A DNA stretch of 64,000 nt, taken from assembly GCA_038087875.1 (NCBI GenBank), contig JAXLNO010000259.1, positions 1 through 64,000 on the forward strand, given 5' to 3'. A program made the translations under genes and the position numbers. The stretch is from Malacoraja senta. Lineage: Eukaryota. This document shows positions 11,330-24,500 of this stretch, one piece after another; position 1 is the first letter of the stretch, and the number at the start of each line of letters is the position of its first letter. Under the pieces are notes generated by a model. That model searched no databases. It was given only the letters and a program-made list of their open reading frames with translations, and was not told the DNA's origin.

Positions 11330-12270
11330 CTGCAAACAACCCCGCATTAACAATAGGCCGATGGTAAAAATGTTGAAACATCAACTCATTGGACCACCCG
11401 GCGGCTGCGAGGATATGGTCGACGGGGCCGTCTTTTGCCCTGGCCGCCGACATTTCTGCTGCCCTAGCCGAGTAAGACGTAAAAACATAAGTGTTAATAC
11501 CAGCAGCTGTTAAGACTTATTTTATCCATCTGGAAATAGTCTGTATTAAAACTCTCTTGTGTGGTTTCTTGTGTGTGATCAAAAACCCAGTTTCCGTATT
11601 CTCAAATTCTTTGTGACCTCAATGTATTGTAATAAACATGTCTTAATACAAAGACCTGGATCATTTGGATATGCTGCCAGCATAATTTTAAATCCTGTCA
11701 CACCTGGCCTAATTTGCTTTATTAGGTCATAGATATAGAATGTAATGTTGTCTTCAGTTACTTCCATACTATCTATTTGTAATTTTCCAAGTGTTTGCAC
11801 TCGTTGTGCTGTCACTCATGACATAAACATGAATACTTTCATACTGAGCTTGACCAAAGGTAAAGACACACTTGATAACCATCACGAAGTAGTTTCAGTA
11901 CCACACTTACATCCCAGATTTTCACGTACCTAGGTTTCGGTGGTTTGGAATTAAAGATTCCTTTCATTAGTCTGGAAACAATTAGGTGTGACCCAATTGA
12001 GTTTCTTTCTGAATCCAGAACCAAATATGAGGACAATGCACTTCTGGCTGAATTAATTGCACTACAACTCAGACCTTCATCATAATAAAGTTTTGACAGA
12101 AATTCTAAACATTTGAAATATCTGCAGTACTTTATTGCACATTCTTTTGTACCCAGAACTCTTCCCATTTCTTAATATAAGAAAGGTACTGTTTTTGAGT
12201 GCTCTTCCTCCAGGCTGTCGTAAGCATGTCCACAGTATGCTCAGACAGTCCTCGTCCCAGAAAAGGCATT
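11330..12270 (-). pseudogene. DIRS-B tyrosine recombinase, disrupted
   Basis: AWRKSTQKQY, LSCSAINSARSALS, AQRVQTL, YSARAA...ILAAAGWSNELMFQHFYHRP. Confidence 0.9.
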
Positions 12271-12289
12271 CTCACAAGACACCGACTTA

Positions 12290-13560
12290 ATTCCATATCA
12301 TTAATATAAACAACTACTGTTGTGTTATCAATTTGAACTTGAACATGCTTATTAGTTGTGTTAGAACAATAAGCTTGGAGCCCATAGAAACATCCTAGAC
12401 GCTCCAAATAGTTAATTCCCCATGTCTGCAGTAACAATGACTCTTCCTGATTCCATCTGCCTCCTCAGCTAGACGTTAAGTCAGTTGCACCCCATCCTGG
12501 TGCACTGGCATCAGTTTGTAATATCATGGAAGGTTGTTCAATCAGCACTTTGCTGGAACTGCTTGAGACATGTAGAATCCACTACTGCAGACCAGAAACA
12601 GCATTTGTTGTTAGTTGCATTGTTCTATCAAAATGACCAACATGCATTCTCGGTGCCTGTTCTTTAAGTCTCTGCAGCTGTTGATAATGTAATGGTCCAA
12701 ATTGGACTGCTGGGAATGCTGCTACTAATTTTCCCAGTACACGAGCCACCTGTCTAATTGAAGGTTTTTGCTCGTTTAGGAGATTACTGCAATCTTTAAT
12801 CAAATCCACCCTTTTCCCTGGGCAAAGTGATATTCATTTGGACTGAATCAATTGTGAACCCCAAATAATTAATAGAGGTACATGGTGTTAACCTAGATTT
12901 CTGTGGATGAATTAGAAACCCCAACATTTCAAAAGTTGATTTCACAATTGCAACAGATACTTCTGTTGCCTATAATCAAGACATCATCCAAATATGCCAT
13001 TAGTACATGCCCCTGGCTACTCAGCAAGCCCAGAATTGGTTTTAACAATTTTTGTGAATATTCTGAGTGCAGATATTAACCCATTAGGCAGAGCTTTGAA
13101 CTGCCACAACTGGTTCATCCATTTAAATTTAAGATACTTCGTATCTTGTGAATGAACAGACACTGAATAATATGCATCTTTCAAGTCTATAGTTGCCATA
13201 TAACATGCTTCTGAAATAAGCTGTTTGGCAGTCACAAATGTTTCCATTTTAAAATGTCTAAATTGCACAAAAGGATTCAGATTTATCAAATCTACAAGAA
13301 TCCTACATCCTCCATCCTTTTTTGATCGAGGGAATATTTTTGATACAAATTGGTGACTTTGGTAGACTGATTTTTCAATAACCCCTTTTTTTTAATATAG
13401 GGTTGCAACCTCAACCTCCATCACTTCTTTTTGTACAAAGTGCAGAGTTCGGCTAGGAACATGCTGAACAGGCAAATCATAATTTGGATTGAATTCAATT
13501 CGAAATCCTTGTATATTATTCAGGATTACACATCTGAAGTAATTTTCTTCCAATTATTAT
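12290..13560 (-). pseudogene. DIRS-B pol (RT + partial RNase H), disrupted
   Basis: ORFs 13017-13289, 12582-12809, 12132-12437; RNase H runs directly into YR with no MT motifs. Confidence 0.9.
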
Positions 13561-15312
13561 AGAAGAAATGTAACCTGCCTCCAACTTTTGGACTTAATCC
13601 AGTTAGTATGTTCCCATGAGAACCAGGTCCACCTACCTCTTGAGTCATTTCAGTACCCTGAGATTCCTGGGTTCTCCCGGAAGCACGCCCACTGGTTCTT
13701 GCTCCCGCTGCAGGCCGCCAACTACGTCCCTGCGTTGATGAGCGACTTGGTCCAGGATCCGTATGACGTCTGAAAGGATACTTCCTCTTTACAGACTTCA
13801 CAACCATTGATGTCTTCATCAATCCTGTTTTCGCTTCATCTTCCAACTCTTTAATACGTCTCCCGAGATCTCTCCAAAGAGTAAGTTGGGTAATTTGTAT
13901 ATTACTTGGTTTGCAGAGTGCTGCGAATTTCGGATTCATAGTAGACCGTATAGCACTTCTCGAAGTGGGTGCTGCATAGCAACCCCAGTGCTTGCTGATG
14001 CAACTTCGTCATCTTTTGGTTGTTACCTGCTATTCTGGTAAAAGCAGTTATTCCAGAACCCAGCAGCTTTAATATTCTCTGCAACTGATTCCAGATACTC
14101 TTGCAGTCTCAACCATTTCATGCTGTTCCAGCTAATGGTAAACCAAGTAATTTATTAAGGAGGCCAGTTCTTCCTAATGGCTCTCCTGACCCTGACGGGG
14201 CAGCGAATCCTACTACCAGGGTTGGAACACCTGGCAGCTGCCTTTCATCGCCTTGTACAGCCTCACCGTCAGAGTCGGGTCTGAAATCTCATGACCCGTA
14301 GCACGCTCCTCATTCCTGAGGGTGCATTCCATCAGCCCTGAGCCAGGTGCTGTTAAGCTGCTCCTGCAGCTTGGATTACAGTACACTCCTTCCTGAGTGA
14401 ACTTTTGCTCCAACAACCTATGAAAAAGGCTTCTATTTAGGCAATACGCTCGAAAGCAGTATCTAGCCCTGTACCAGGAGCTGTTTGAGCTGTTTCCAGC
14501 AGCTTGACTTTCAGAACACTCCTTCCTGAGTGAACCTTGCTCCAACAGCCTGTGTAAAAGGCTTTCTATTTGGCCAATACGCTCTAAAGCAGTATCTAGC
14601 CCTGGAGCTTCTTCATTGCCTGGGACTCCCTCCGTTGGGATTTAAACTTTGTCTTTTGCCCGACAGGCGCTGACTGTGTTTTCACCAGCCCCAGGTCCAC
14701 AGTCGCTATGCTCACCGCTGGCGACTGTACCGGGGTTTAGAGGCGGTTGGTCTCTAACCGCGGACTCCCGACTTTCCCGACTTCTGTCGGCTCTGTCGCT
14801 CGCCTCTTCCCCCTGTCCGTTTTTTCCCATGGCGTCTGTGGAAAAAATCACCATAGACCCACAGTAAACGGACCTGGAAAACCTGTAAAAAAGTTTTTAC
14901 TTACCTTGTAGTTGAAAAACTACAAACCACTCGAGGAGCTCTGCTCCTCACGTCCGTTTGCGTCAAGGCGTCTGACGTAATGACGCGCAGGCGCACTGAC
15001 GGGCTTCTTCACGTAGTCACTCACGTGACTCCGAAGTAAAATTTATATTAAAGAACACTATATCTGATAAAGAAGGAAGGTACACGATAATGGCGGGAGA
15101 AATTTATTCTACACCACTGACTCTGATAAATATTTATGCTCCAAATTTTGATAACCACCAATTTTTAAAGAAAATTATGGATATAATAGGTGAGTATAAT
15201 TTTCAAAATGTAATAGTAAGGGGTGAGTTTAAGTGTGTCATATATTCATATTTAGACAAATCAATACAATTAAGGAAAGGTAGTGTCAAATCCAAGTCTA
15301 GTGAATTCTTAA

Positions 15313-15423
<111 letters not shown>

Positions 15424-18400
15424 CACTAATATAACAGATGTATAGAGAATAGTTAATCCAACCGGAAGGGAATACTCGTTTTACTCATCATTACACAAAA
15501 CCTATTCAAGAATTGATTATTTCTTAGTGGATACAAAATTAATACCATATACGATTAATCCTAAATACCACAATAGTAATATTTCTGATCACTCCCCGTT
15601 GACTTTTACATTAAAACTTGAGGGAATGCCAGGTATAAAATCCCTTTGGATATTTAACACACAAATAACTCACAAGGTTACGAGTATTTAAAACAGCAAA
15701 TGAAATTTATTTTTGAGACAAACGAGACACCTGGTATTTCACCATCTCTATTATGGGAAACTTTTAAGGCATTCATCCGTGGAGTTATAATTTCGTATCA
15801 AAGTTTTCTAAATTAAAAAAAAACACAGAACAATGGACGTTAGAAAAGGAAATTAAATTATTAGAATTAGGTAACGCAAAAGACCCAACTATATATAAAC
15901 ATAATAAGATTACATTATTGAAATTTAAACTTAATCGAATATTATCGGCAAGAGTAATACGATTATTTCACATCACAATACAAGCACGGTTTGAATTTGG
16001 GGATAAAGCACATAAACTTAAGCACGACAATTGAAGAAGCAAGAAAATGAAAAAACTATAATTAAAATTAAATCAGAGAACGGAGAACTATTAACTTTAC
16101 CTAAGGACATTAATAAAAGGTTTGCTCAATTTTATCAAAATTTATATACATCTAAAACCAAAATAGAAGACAATAAAATTATTATTTTTTTAGATAACTG
16201 TAATTTGCCAAAATTGGATATCTTGGGAGCTCAGATCACAAGTGAAGAAATAAGAGAAACAATAAAAGAACTGAAAAATGGGAAGACACCAGGGCCTGGT
16301 GGTTTTAATAATGAATTATACAAAAGATTTCAGGAGTTAATGGTCCCACGATTATTTAAATTATATACTTATGCTTTTACCGAAAAGAAATTAACAGAAA
16401 CATTAGCAGAATCTACAATTACGCTTATACAATAAAAAGATAAAGATCTAGAAGATCCGAGCTCCTATAGAGCTATATCACTTTTAAATACAGATCAAAA
16501 CATTTTAGCAAATATTTTAGCAAGAAGATTGAGTAAATATATTAATAAATTGATAAACCCGGACCAAACGGGATTTATACGTAAAAGACAATCATTTAAT
16601 AATTGGAGACGACTTTTTAATATAATGTATTCACATAAAGTGGAAAAGGAAGACTTATCAGTTATATCTTTGGATGCACAGAAAGCATTTGATCAGGTAG
16701 AGTGGCAATATTTATACATAGTACTCCAAAATTTAATATGGGAATAATTTTATTAGAAGGGTAAAATTATTATATGATAAATCAATGGCAAGAATATTAA
16801 CTAATAATATGCTGTCTCCGAAATTCCAATTATCACGGGGCAATAGGCAGGGCTGTGTTTTATCACCCCTGCTATTTGCCCTTATGATAGAGCCTTTGGC
16901 TGAAAGGATAAGAACACATCCGAGTATTCAGGGATATAATACTAAGGACTCTAATAACAAAATGTCATTATATGCGGATGATATACTTTTATATATTACA
17001 AATTCAGAAACGAGTATCCCGAATTTACTAAACGTAATAGAGGAATTTGGCTCTATTTCTGGATATACATTAATTGGAATAAAAGTGAAATTATGTCATT
17101 ACAGCCCGAGAATCATCTATTAAAATTTCCATTTAAAATTGCAACGGAAAAATTTAAGTATTTAGGTATACAAGTTACTAGAAGATATACATCATTATTT
17201 AATGCTAATTTTAGTCCTTTATTAAATACATTGAACGCTCTGATTAAATTTTGGAAAACGCTCCCACTATCATTAATTGGCAGAATAAATGCTATAAAAA
17301 TGATAGTTCTACCACAAATAATATATTTATTTCATTCCATACCAATATATATACCAAAATATATATTTTTAAACTGGACTCTAATATTACTAATTTTATT
17401 TGGGACTACAAAGCACATATAATTAAAATAAATAATGTATGTAAACCTAAATATGTAGGGGGACTTGCATTGTGTAATTTTTTATATTATTATTGGGCAG
17501 TGCATATTAAGAATATAATTTTTTGGTTGGACTGTCCTTCTCAACAGATTGCATGGATAAGAATGGAGAAAGAGGATTGTTTTCCGTACGATTTAGGAGC
17601 GATCCACTTCTCCCCGATAAAATTGAATAATACATTATATAAGAATAATCCAATTATACACAATATAATTCGAATTTGGAAACAAATAAAATTAACTTTA
17701 AAATTAAGAAACTTATCGTCATTAACACCAATAGTGAATAATCCGGTATTTAAACCATCTTTTATGGATAAAGCATATAGACAATGGGAAAGATTGGTAA
17801 TTAAAAAGGTGAGTGACATGTATAGAATGGGAAATTTATTATCATCTCAACAATTAAAATCAAAATTTAATCTGAATAATAACCAATACTTAAATATTTA
17901 CAGATATGTGACTTTATAAAAAAAAGATATACCAATGCTACAGAGCATAATGATAGACCCACTGGAAGAAGCAATGAATATTAAGGCGGACTCACAAAAA
18001 TTAATATCATATTGATATAATAGTATTCTTAATAGAGAATTGCCATCAACAGAGGCAATTAGAGAAGACTGGGAAAAGAATTAATGACAAAAAATTCTGA
18101 AGAAACATGGGAAAGGTATTTGATATATATACACATAAATGTTCGATTAACGCTAGACATAACTTAATTCAATTTAAAATATTACGTAGATTATATTATT
18201 CAAAAGTTAGGTTGAATAAATGTTATTCAAATATTTCTCCCATTTGTGGTAAATGTCTGTGATAAATGCCAACATCACATTCTTTCGTTTCTTGCACAAA
18301 ACTTCATGGATTTTGGTGTGATATATTTGATATATTCACTAGTTTATTTAAGATAAAATGGAACCTAACATGTAAATGATTATCTTTGGAGTAATAGGAG

Positions 18401-21400
18401 ATGGAAACAAACTAAATATATCCCAAATTTCATTTTTTAATTATGGTTTAATAACATCAAAAAAATTCATACTTAAATTTTGGAAAAATGCTACTATACC
18501 AACACTCAAAATGTGGATTGGAAATATGTTGGAAACTGTCCACTTGGAAGAAATGAGACTCCTCCTAATAGATAAACAAGACCAATTATTAACGAGTTGG
18601 TCTACATTTATTGACCTTTTGGATTCATGTGGTGCAATAGTATCGCAGAATAAAAAATTCTGGGCTTGGGCGAAAAATGATTAAGAATCTAAAAAAGCAT
18701 CGACTTGTGGCGAGGGAGAATCTCCTTTCTGCTTCACTTTCTTACTTATTTCTTTTCTTTACCTCACACTCACTAGACTTTCCTTTACTGTTCACGACTT
18801 CTTTCTTTAAAAAAAAAAAAAAGGAAGTTGTACAAAGAATGTTATAATACATCTGGGAACCTGTAAAGAGGTACCATCAAAATGTAATATACTTACTTCT
18901 AATAAATAAAATGTAATAAAAAAAATTTAAAAAATACAGCGCACGAATAGAGAAACCTTGCCCATTCAGTATTGCGTTCAAGGGAGATTTAAAAAAAAAA
19001 AAAACGAGGGTTCGAAAATAAGGTTTTTTTGTGCAACATCAGATAACAGTATTCCACCTATTATTCAATTTATTCCACCACATATTAATGTATCTATTAT
19101 TCCATGGTCTGGGCAGTGAAATAAGCTAATACTTAAACGTATGCCGATTGACCACCATAACTGTGGAATACATAAGATTCTGGTGTTTCTGAAAAAAATC
19201 TAGGAATCTTACAATCATGGCATATGATCTACCCACGATAAATTGTTCAAAGTGCATGAACTTACATATGAGGATTACATTTCATGCGCCTCCTGCATAA
19301 ACCGTGGATTAATCTCGTCGCCCTGAGTATTATTCCACCTTTATGCATGCCATGACATTAAGCATCTCATCTTAATATTTACGATGACATTAAATGGGAC
19401 ATATCCGCTTTAGCAGGCAACTTAGCCCGATGGGAATTCGAGGTATGAAACGATAGAAAAGTTGTGGTGTGATGTCGGGCGTTCATTCAGCTTTCGGAGG
19501 GATTGCTTATCGTTTGGCCTCCGCTTGAATGAAGCAAAAGACGTAAAGGAAAGCACGAGGATCCGTGACATTCTGTCTATTGCCGGAACACTCACTCCCG
19601 TGTCACCCTCCTGACACTCATAGAAGTGCTAGTGCACGAATAGGGACTTTGCCCATTCAGTTGTGCGTTCCATCAAGGACAAACTGAAACCAAACATAGA
19701 AACATAGATATAAAGAGAGAAACTAGGTGCAGGAGGAAGCCATTCGGCCCTTCGAGCCAGCACCGCCATTCATTGTGATAAAGGCTGACGTCCCTTATCA
19801 ATAACCCGTGCCTGCCTTCTCCCCATATCCCTTGACTCCACTAGCCCCTAGAGCTCTATCTAAGTTACATCCATCCAGTGACTTGGCCTCCGTGGCAGGG
19901 AATTCCATAAATTCACAACTCACTGGGTGAAAACGTTTTTTCTCACCTCAGTCTTTAATGACCTCCCCTTTATTCTAAGACTGTGGCCCCTGGTTCTGGA
20001 CGCCCAAAATAGGGAACATTTTTCCTGCATCTAGCTTGTCCAGTCCTTTTATAATTTTATATGTTTCTATAAGATCACCCCTCATCCTTCTAAACTCCAG
20101 TGAATACAAGCCTAGTCTTTTCAATCTTTCCTCATATGACAATCCCGCCATCCCAGCGATCAATCTCGTGAAACTACGCTGCACTGCTTCAATCACAAGG
20201 ATGTCCTTCCTCAAATTAGGAGACCAAAACTGTACACAAAACTCGAGATGTGGTCTCATCTGAGCCCTATACTACTGCAAGAACCTCTTTCCTCCTATAC
20301 TGAAATCCTCTTGTTATAAAGGCCAACATTCCATTAGCTTTCTTCACTGCCTGCTGTACCTGTAAGCCAACTTTCAGTGACCGGTGTGCAAGGACGCCCA
20401 GGTCTCGCTGCACCTCCCCCTTACCTAACCTAATCCCATTGAGATAATAATCTGCCCCCTTGTTTTTGCCGCCAAAGTTGACAACCTCACAGTTATCTCT
20501 ATTATACTGCATCTGCCACGCATCTTCCCGCTCACTCAACCTGTCCCGGTCACACTGCCAACTCCAAACATCTTCTTCACAGCTGACACTGCCATCCAGC
20601 TTTGTGTCATCCGCAAACTTGCTAGTTTTGCTCCTAATTCCCTCTTCCAAATCATTAATATATATGGTAAACAGTTGCGGCCCTAACACCGAGCCTTGCG
20701 CCACTCCACTCGCCACTGCCTGCCATTCTGAAAAAGACCCGATCACTCCTACACTTTGCTTCCGGTCTGCCAACCAATTTTCTATCCATGTCAACACTTT
20801 ACCCCCAACACCATGTGCTCTAATTTCAGTCACCAGTCTCCCGTGCGGGACCTTATCAAAGGATTTCTGAAAGTCTAGATACTGGCACCCCTTCATCCAT
20901 TTTACTTGTCACATCCTCAAAGAATTCCAGAAGATTAATCAAGCACGATTTCCCTTTCATAAATCCATGTTGACTTGGACTAATCCTTTTACTGCAATCC
21001 AAATGCCCCATTTTTACCTCTTTAATAATTGACTGCAGCATCTCTCCCACCACCGAAGTCAGGCTAACTGGTCTGTAATTCCCCGTTTTCTCTCTCGCTC
21101 CTTTCTTGGAAAGTAGGATAACATTAGCTCTCCTCCAATCCACAGGAACTGATGCTGAATCTATTGAACATTGGAAAATGATCACCAATGCGTCCACTAT
21201 TTCTAGAGGCACCTCCCTGAGGACCATGGGAGCAGACCATCTGTACCATGGGATTCATCATCCTGCAGTCCCATTAGCCTACCCAATAATATTTCTCCCC
21301 TAATGCAAATGTATTTCAGTTCGTCTACCCCCTTAGATCCTCTGTCCTCCAGTACATCTGGGAGATTGTTTGTGTCTTCCTCAGTGAAGACAGATCCGAA

Positions 21401-22735
21401 GTACCTATTCAACTCTTCTGCCATTTCCCTGTTGCCCATAATAATTTCACCCGTATCTGAATTCAAGGGACCAACATTTGACGTTGCTACTCTTTTTTCC
21501 TTATCCTATCTAAATAAGCTGTTACTGTCCTTTATATTCCTGGCTAGCTTCACTTCGTACTTCATCTTTTCAGTACGTATTGCCCGTGTTGTTTCTTTCT
21601 GTTGTCCTATGAAGGTTTCCCAATCCACTGGCTTCCAGCTACTCTTTGCTGTGTTATACATCTTTTATTTTTGTTTTGTCTATCCCTAACTTCTCTTGTC
21701 AGCCACGGTTGCCTACTACACCCCTTAGAATCTTTCTTCGTTTTGGAATGAAATGATCCTGCTTCTTCCGGATTATGCCTAGAAATTCCTGCCATTGCTG
21801 TTCCACAGTCATTCCTGCTTGGATCCCTTTCCAGTCTACCTTGGCCAGCTCCCCTATCATGCCTTCATAGTCCCCTTTGTTCACCTGCATCACTGACACT
21901 TCCGATTTAACGTTCTCCTTCTCAAATTACAGGTTAAAACTAATCATATTATGATCACTACCTCCAAGCGGTTCCTTTCCCTCTAGTTCTCTTATCATAT
22001 CTGGTTCATTGGACAACACTAAATACAGAATTGCCTTTTCTCTAGTCGGCTCCATTACAAGCTGCTCTAAGAATCCATCTCGCAGGTATTCTACAAACTG
22101 TCTTTCTTGGGGTCCTGAACCAATCTGATTTTCCCATTCTACCTGTATATTGAAATCCCCCATCACCAGAGTGGCATTACCTTTGTCACATGCCAGTTTT
22201 AACTCCTGCTGCAACTTACACCCTACATCCGGGCTACTATTTGGGGGTCTGTAGATAACACCAATTTGGGTCTTCTTGCCTTTATAATTCCTCAACTGGA
22301 TCCACAGAGACTCTACCTTGTCAGTCCCTATGTCTTCCCTCACAAAGGACTGAATTCCATCCCTCACCAGCAGAGCTACCCCCCTCCTCTGCCCACCTGC
22401 CTGTCCGTTCTATAGGATGTATAATCCTGACTATTAAGTTCCCTGGCCCAATCCTTCTGCAGCCACGTCTCAGTAATCCCCACAATGTCATATCTACCAA
22501 CCTCTAACTGAGCCCCACGCTGATCTACTTAACTTCTTATACTTCGCGCATTCATATACAATACTTTTAATTGCTTGCGCATCTCACCTTTCACATCGAT
22601 CCCTATTACACTTGGCCATACTCGCCTATCCCTTTGTGAGCTTTCTTTCCCGTCAATTCTGGGGTCATTAAACACCCCTTTCTTTCCCTTTAACTCCGTC
22701 CTCGACTTTATCATTTGATACCCCACCCCCCTTAT

Positions 22736-23650
22736 TCAGTTTAAAACCACCCGTGTAGCAGTGGCAAACAAGCCTGCCAGAATGCTGGTCCCCCACCTGT
22801 TAAGATGCAATCCGTCCCTTTTGTACAGTTCCCCCTTACTCCAAAAACGATCCCAGTGATGTAATAATTTAAATCCCTGCTCCCTGCACCAGTTCCTCAG
22901 CCACACATTCAGGTCCCGTATCTCCCTGTTCCTGCTCTCGCCAGCACGAGCAACTGGAAGCCAACAGGATATAACAACTCTGGAGGTCCTGCTTTTCAGA
23001 ATTGTTCCGAGCTCACTAAAGTCACGGTGCAGTATATTCATCCCCTTCTTTCCGACATCGTTTGTGCCGACATGCACTACCACTTCCGGCTGTTCGCCCA
23101 CGCCCTGGAGGATTTTCTGCACTCTGTCCGTGACATCCTGGATCCTGGCACCAGGAAGGCAGCACACCATCCTCGAATCCCGTCTGTTGCCGCAGAAACG
23201 CCTGTCCGTACCTCTCACAATGGAGTCTCCAACTGCAATGGCGTTGCCGGACGATGGCCTCTTTGGTTTTGGGTCAACAGCCCTTTTTGCTTTGCAAGCC
23301 AGTCCGCCGCTCAGTGTAATAACGTATTTTGTCCCAACAGCTTCTAATTGGGGGAACCTGTTCACAAGAGGTACAAAACCCGGGTACCTTTGCATTCCAT
23401 GTTTCCTTCCTTTTCTCACCGGCACCCACCTTCTCTCTTCCAGTACCGTATGTGTAACAATCTTACTGTAGGACGTGTCGAGGAACGACTCAGTTTATTG
23501 GACGAACCTGAGGTCATCCACTTGCTTCTCCAGTTCCCCAGCACGGTCCTTCAGGAGCTGTACCTGGATGCACTTCTCACGTTTGTAGCAGCCAGAGCCA
23601 CCAGCAGTGTCCTTGACCTCCCACATTCTGCAAGCATCACGCTGAATCAG
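22736..23650 (-). pseudogene. CR1 ORF1p with SGNH/GDSL esterase domain
   Basis: AIAVGDSIVRG, CLPGARIQDV, VVVHVGTND, DGLHLN in ORF 22736-23425. Confidence 0.9.
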
Positions 23651-23896
23651 CTTGCTTGACATCTCCTTATTTCGTCTCTCCCTCTCCAGCGTTTTGCGAA
23701 GCCTCCTCTACTCAGCCTCCTCGCCGAAGACTCTCGAGCTAAAGACTCACACTTTTCTCATATGGCACTTCCCTCACAAGGCCGGTCCCTCACTGCCGCT
23801 CCCTAACAGCTGTCTTGCTTATCTTGTCATCTAAATTGCCTAATTTACCAATTTACAAACCAAATTCCTCAGTTTTAAACTGTTGTCCCCGTCTGA

Positions 23897-24154
23897 CTCA
23901 CTTCTAACTCTCCTCCCACTCGTGCTAGAGCCAATCAGTGATTTCTCCTGCTTCTCTTTGTTGCTGTTGCTTCAAAATCCACGGGAGCACTGAGTAAAGT
24001 CTGCCTGTGCTTTGCCTCTCCTTTTCATCTGTTTCCCCTTCTCACTTCTAACTCTCCTCCCACTCGGGCTAGAGCCAATCGGTGCTTTCTCCTGCTTCTC
24101 TTTGTTGCTGTTGCGTCAAAATCCACGGGATCACTGAGTAAAGTCTACCTGTGC
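23897..24154. repeat. Direct repeat (~114 bp x2, period 144) in CR1 5' region
   Basis: CTCACTTCTAACTCTCCTCCCACTCG...GAGTAAAGTCT(G/A)CCTGTGC at 23897-24010 and 24041-24154. Confidence 0.9.
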
Positions 24155-24500
24155 ACTCAAAACACTGAAACACAGCGAAAATTATGAATTACTTGTAAGC
24201 ACTAGAGAAACATTTTCACTGACGCACAATTAGTATGGATGTGACTAAGAAATTAGAAATTCATTCAATATATTACTCTGGAAAAACAAGAAACTGCAGT
24301 TGCTTTAATCATTAACAGAACATAAAACACAGAAAAGGTTCGGACTTCATGAAAGGGAGGAAATTAATGAAATATGTCTAACGGTGAATAAACAGTCATA
24401 AATTCCTAGCGCCAAATGACGCGCCTAAATCAGAGGCCGAGACAGAAGTGCACATTTATGGTAGAGAGGGGCGCATCATGTAAGGCAATGTCTCACTGAT

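Larger units (their letters stand above)
10793..15042 (-). mobile_element. DIRS1-like retrotransposon (DIRS-B), both ends present, internally deleted
   Basis: gag/RT/RNase H/YR fragments; ITR cores at 10868-10901 and 14981-15014; ICR at 11025-11138; removing it and one AAT restores L1 KGIQFILKNTISDKEGRY. Confidence 0.95.
19693..24160 (-). mobile_element. CR1/HER1-type LINE, near full length
   Basis: (TTCTATGT)-like tail at 19693-19730; RT (KFADD), EN (YMNARSIR, GSDH), ORF1 esterase, 5' UTR with direct repeat; many frameshifts. Confidence 0.93.

Noticed and set aside
18937..19670. ~45-bp direct repeat (GCACGAATAG...GCCCATTCAG) flanking ~700 bp, LTR-like
   Set aside because: Too short, no TG...CA ends, PBS or PPT; resembles decayed reverse CR1/SINE tails or an old micro-duplication.
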